DNA of 64,000 nt, from NCBI GenBank assembly GCA_019828565.1, contig JAHDYR010000067.1, positions 745,094 to 809,093 on the forward strand, given 5' to 3'. Both the position numbers and the translations under genes were made by a program. The DNA comes from Carpediemonas membranifera BICM. Its lineage: Eukaryota > Protista > Fornicata. Shown piece after piece: positions 61,636-64,000 of the stretch (positions are counted from its first letter, which is position 1; the number at the start of each line of letters is the position of its first letter). The notes under the pieces were generated by a model. That model worked only from the letters and a program-made list of their open reading frames with translations, ran no database searches and was not told where the DNA came from.

Positions 61636-61687
61636 CTCCCAGAGGATCTTTCTTTCTTAGTATAGGGTACAAACCCCAATTACCAAC

Positions 61688-64000
61688 TGTGCCATTGTTG
61701 GCTTGCGCAGGTAGATCTGTTTACATAAACTGCACTGGCTCTCACTTCCCTCCTCAAGGCGAAGCTAGCCAGCTAACGGCGGCCATTGCCCCGGAACTTC
61801 CGCTTGTAACGTGCGAAGAGGGGCGTGAGACCTGGGTTGAGGCGTAGGTAGTCATCCAGGGCGGCGAGGCGGTCGTAATATGCGTTATACGGAATGTACG
61901 AGTCCTCGGAGTCTTCTAGGCCTTCCCAGTGGACGAGGAGCTCGAGGCGTCGGTTGCGCTCGCGGTGGCCGACGATGGCGGAGACTTGTTGTTCGTCTTG
62001 TTCGTATGCGGCGATGCGCTCGAGTGTCTTGAGGTCTGCTGTGCCTGGGTCGAAGCGAATGAGGCGGTCCTGGTGGACGAGCAGCTCGGACTTGGTGACG
62101 AGGTCACGGAGGACGAATGTGTTGGGGCTCTTCCCTTCCCTGAGGAGTTGTAGCGGGCCGCGGACTGGAGGCAGAATCTTGGATGGGGCCTTGTGAGGAT
62201 ATCTCAGGAGCACTAGGCGTTCGAGTTTCCAGTCGAAGTTGTCCGCCGGTTGGGTTTGTGCGGCCTTGTGACGCTCGTATGCGGCGATCTTCGCGCGGGC
62301 TGCGTCGTGCATGGCCTGTATGTCGGTGTGGAATGCGTTAATGGCCTGGATGGTAGGTGTGTCTTGCGTCGCCTTGGCGGCGCTGATGATGCGTGACTCC
62401 GGGAGGGCCGTGAGCGCGGACGTGTGTCCGAAAAGCAGCTCGAACGGCGTGAAGCCGGTAGTCGAGTGTGTCGAAGTGTTGATAATGTGTTGCACGATTG
62501 GGATAAGTGCGGGCCAGTCGGTCGTTTCTGAGTCTAGTAGCAGGGCGCGCAGTCTGCGCATGATGGTCCCATTGACTCTCTCGACAACGCCGTTACTCTG
62601 TGGGTGGTACGCCGTGGAGAACCTGTGGTTCAGGCTGATCTTCTTGTTGAGAGCGGCGATGGTTGAGTTCTTGAACTGACTTCCCTGGTCTGTCTGGATC
62701 AGGCTGGGTGCGCCGAAGAGCGACCACACCTGGAGCATCGCGTCGGCGGCTTCTTCTGCCGAGGTTGACGCAACCGGCTTGAGCACAGTGAACTTGCTGA
62801 AGACGTCGATGAACACGATCACGTGAGCGAGGCCATTCGTCTTTGGAAGCGGGCCGAGCGTGTCTATCTGCACCGCCTCGAATGGGCGGGTCTTCTGGGT
62901 CGTATGCCACTGGGCCTTGGCGATGGGGTGGGATTTGAGCTTCTGGCAGACTGGGCAAGTCGCGACGTGCTCCGCGACGTCTGAGTTCATGGAAGACCAG
63001 GTCTTGCCGGCTTCCTTGAGATGGGCGATCGTTTGTTTGATCGAAGCATGGCCGTTGGCTCCAGCGTGGGCCTGCTGAATGTCGAAGCGGTGGGTGCTGC
63101 TGGCGATTTCGCTGATCGCCGCGCCGCTGGGGCGGGAGAGGGCGTCCGCGACGACGTTGGTTGTCCCTGCGATATGCATGATGTCGAAGGGGTACTCGGA
63201 TAGGATGAGTCTCCATCGCGTGAGCTTGCGCGTCCCTTCCTCAGCCTTGCGAATCATCCACACGATGTTCTTGTGATCTGTGAGTACGGTGAATGGCTTC
63301 AGCTTGAGAATCTGGCTAAACTCTGGCCGGGTGATGCAGTATATGACTGCGTAGAGCTCTTGCTCGACCGTCGCCCAGCGGCGTTGGGTCTCTGTGAACG
63401 TCTTTGAGAAGTACGCGAGGGGTTTCTTCGTGTCGCCCTCGTGTTGCCACAGCACTCCGCCGGCTGCGATTGTGGACGCGTCTGTCTCAAGTGTCCACTT
63501 GCAGGTCAGGTTGGGTAGTGCCAATGCCTTGTTGTCGGTGCACAGCTCCTTCAGAGCCGCGAATGCCTTGTCGTGTTCCTCAGTCCAAGGGAGCTTGTCT
63601 AGCTTCTTGGGTGATCCCTTGAGGAGGGCGTTGAGGGGGGCTGTGGCTGAGCTGAGTTGCGGGAGGTAGTTTGCGAGGTGGTTAAACTTGCCCATCGTGC
63701 GTCTGAGCTCTGTGACGGTGGTGGGGGCGGGCAGCTCCTTCAGCGCGGCGACGCGGCCTGGGCTCACCGAGCGGCCGGAGCTGTTGATGATGAATCCGCA
63801 GACCTCCACTTCGGCGGCGCCGATGGTACATTTGTCCGCGCGGAGGCGCAGGCGGTTGTCCTTGGCTCTCTGGAGGGTGAGTCTCAGGGTGTTGAGGAAT
63901 CCTTCTTCGGTCCGTGCGTAGAGGAATATGTCATCCACGTAGACCCGGTGGCCGGGGATGCCATCTAGCACGGCCTCCATCGCTCGTTGAAACTTGGAGG
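61688..64000 (-). mobile_element. Ty3/gypsy chromodomain retrotransposon 3, 3' half (runs off the window)
   Basis: Pol ORF, PPT gaggagggaag, then TG at 61744 starting the 3' LTR; the outer LTR end (possibly 61688) cannot be verified without the 5' LTR. Confidence 0.88.
61773..64000 (-). CDS. pol: Pol of gypsy 3 (RT, RNase H, IN, chromodomain), 5'-partial
   Basis: YVDD; ETDAS; LTDH; H..H/CPVC; QIDT, TDQG, VER; QVSAIVGHR...LVHWEGLEDSEDSY; uninterrupted. Confidence 0.95.
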   Translation of the reverse strand, partial: SKFQRAMEAVLDGIPGHRVYVDDIFLYARTEEGFLNTLRLTLQRAKDNRLRLRADKCTIGAAEVEVCGFIINSSGRSVSPGRVAALKELPAPTTVTELRRTMGKFNHLANYLPQLSSATAPLNALLKGSPKKLDKLPWTEEHDKAFAALKELCTDNKALALPNLTCKWTLETDASTIAAGGVLWQHEGDTKKPLAYFSKTFTETQRRWATVEQELYAVIYCITRPEFSQILKLKPFTVLTDHKNIVWMIRKAEEGTRKLTRWRLILSEYPFDIMHIAGTTNVVADALSRPSGAAISEIASSTHRFDIQQAHAGANGHASIKQTIAHLKEAGKTWSSMNSDVAEHVATCPVCQKLKSHPIAKAQWHTTQKTRPFEAVQIDTLGPLPKTNGLAHVIVFIDVFSKFTVLKPVASTSAEEAADAMLQVWSLFGAPSLIQTDQGSQFKNSTIAALNKKISLNHRFSTAYHPQSNGVVERVNGTIMRRLRALLLDSETTDWPALIPIVQHIINTSTHSTTGFTPFELLFGHTSALTALPESRIISAAKATQDTPTIQAINAFHTDIQAMHDAARAKIAAYERHKAAQTQPADNFDWKLERLVLLRYPHKAPSKILPPVRGPLQLLREGKSPNTFVLRDLVTKSELLVHQDRLIRFDPGTADLKTLERIAAYEQDEQQVSAIVGHRERNRRLELLVHWEGLEDSEDSYIPYNAYYDRLAALDDYLRLNPGLTPLFARYKRKFRGNGRR

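Noticed and set aside
61109-61745. Possible ncRNA or ribozyme between gypsy 2 and gypsy 3
   Set aside because: No recognisable tRNA, snRNA, hammerhead or HDV core by eye; LINE 3' UTR plus gypsy 3 LTR explains it. An Infernal/Rfam scan would settle it.

Overview
Eukaryotic, transposon-rich window with long-read-type homopolymer indels. Bases 1-49851 are about 4.45 head-to-tail copies of an ~11.15 kb unit (base 1 recurs at 11158, 22312, 33493 and 44754). Comparing the copies, correcting homopolymer slips and removing three micro-introns (GTATGT/GTTTGT...TTWACACAG) gives each unit a ~845 aa RAG1/Transib-like DDE transposase plus a set of chromatin-type cargo genes: a SET methyltransferase, a GNAT acetyltransferase, an OTU-like deubiquitinase probably fused to a coiled-coil protein, and a protein starting with a histone-H3-tail-like MARSKQ. 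Each unit also holds a caspase-fold His/Cys protein, a zinc-knuckle ORF, a Tc1/IS630 transposase remnant, a double-hairpin intergenic region and a ~360 bp piece (partial LTR plus gag 5' end) of a Ty3/gypsy element. The last copy of that piece runs on into a near-complete chromodomain gypsy element (49495-53513), which abuts a 5'-truncated LINE (from 53514). A second, full-length gypsy element (56827-61103, minus strand, identical 67 bp LTRs, CTTTC target duplication) sits just downstream of the LINE ORF, and a third runs off the window end. The two gypsy elements with visible 5' ends have very short LTRs and a 12 bp palindrome where the tRNA primer-binding site should be. All protein-family calls are motif recognition by eye and need HMM or structure confirmation; array copy number and junctions need read-level validation.
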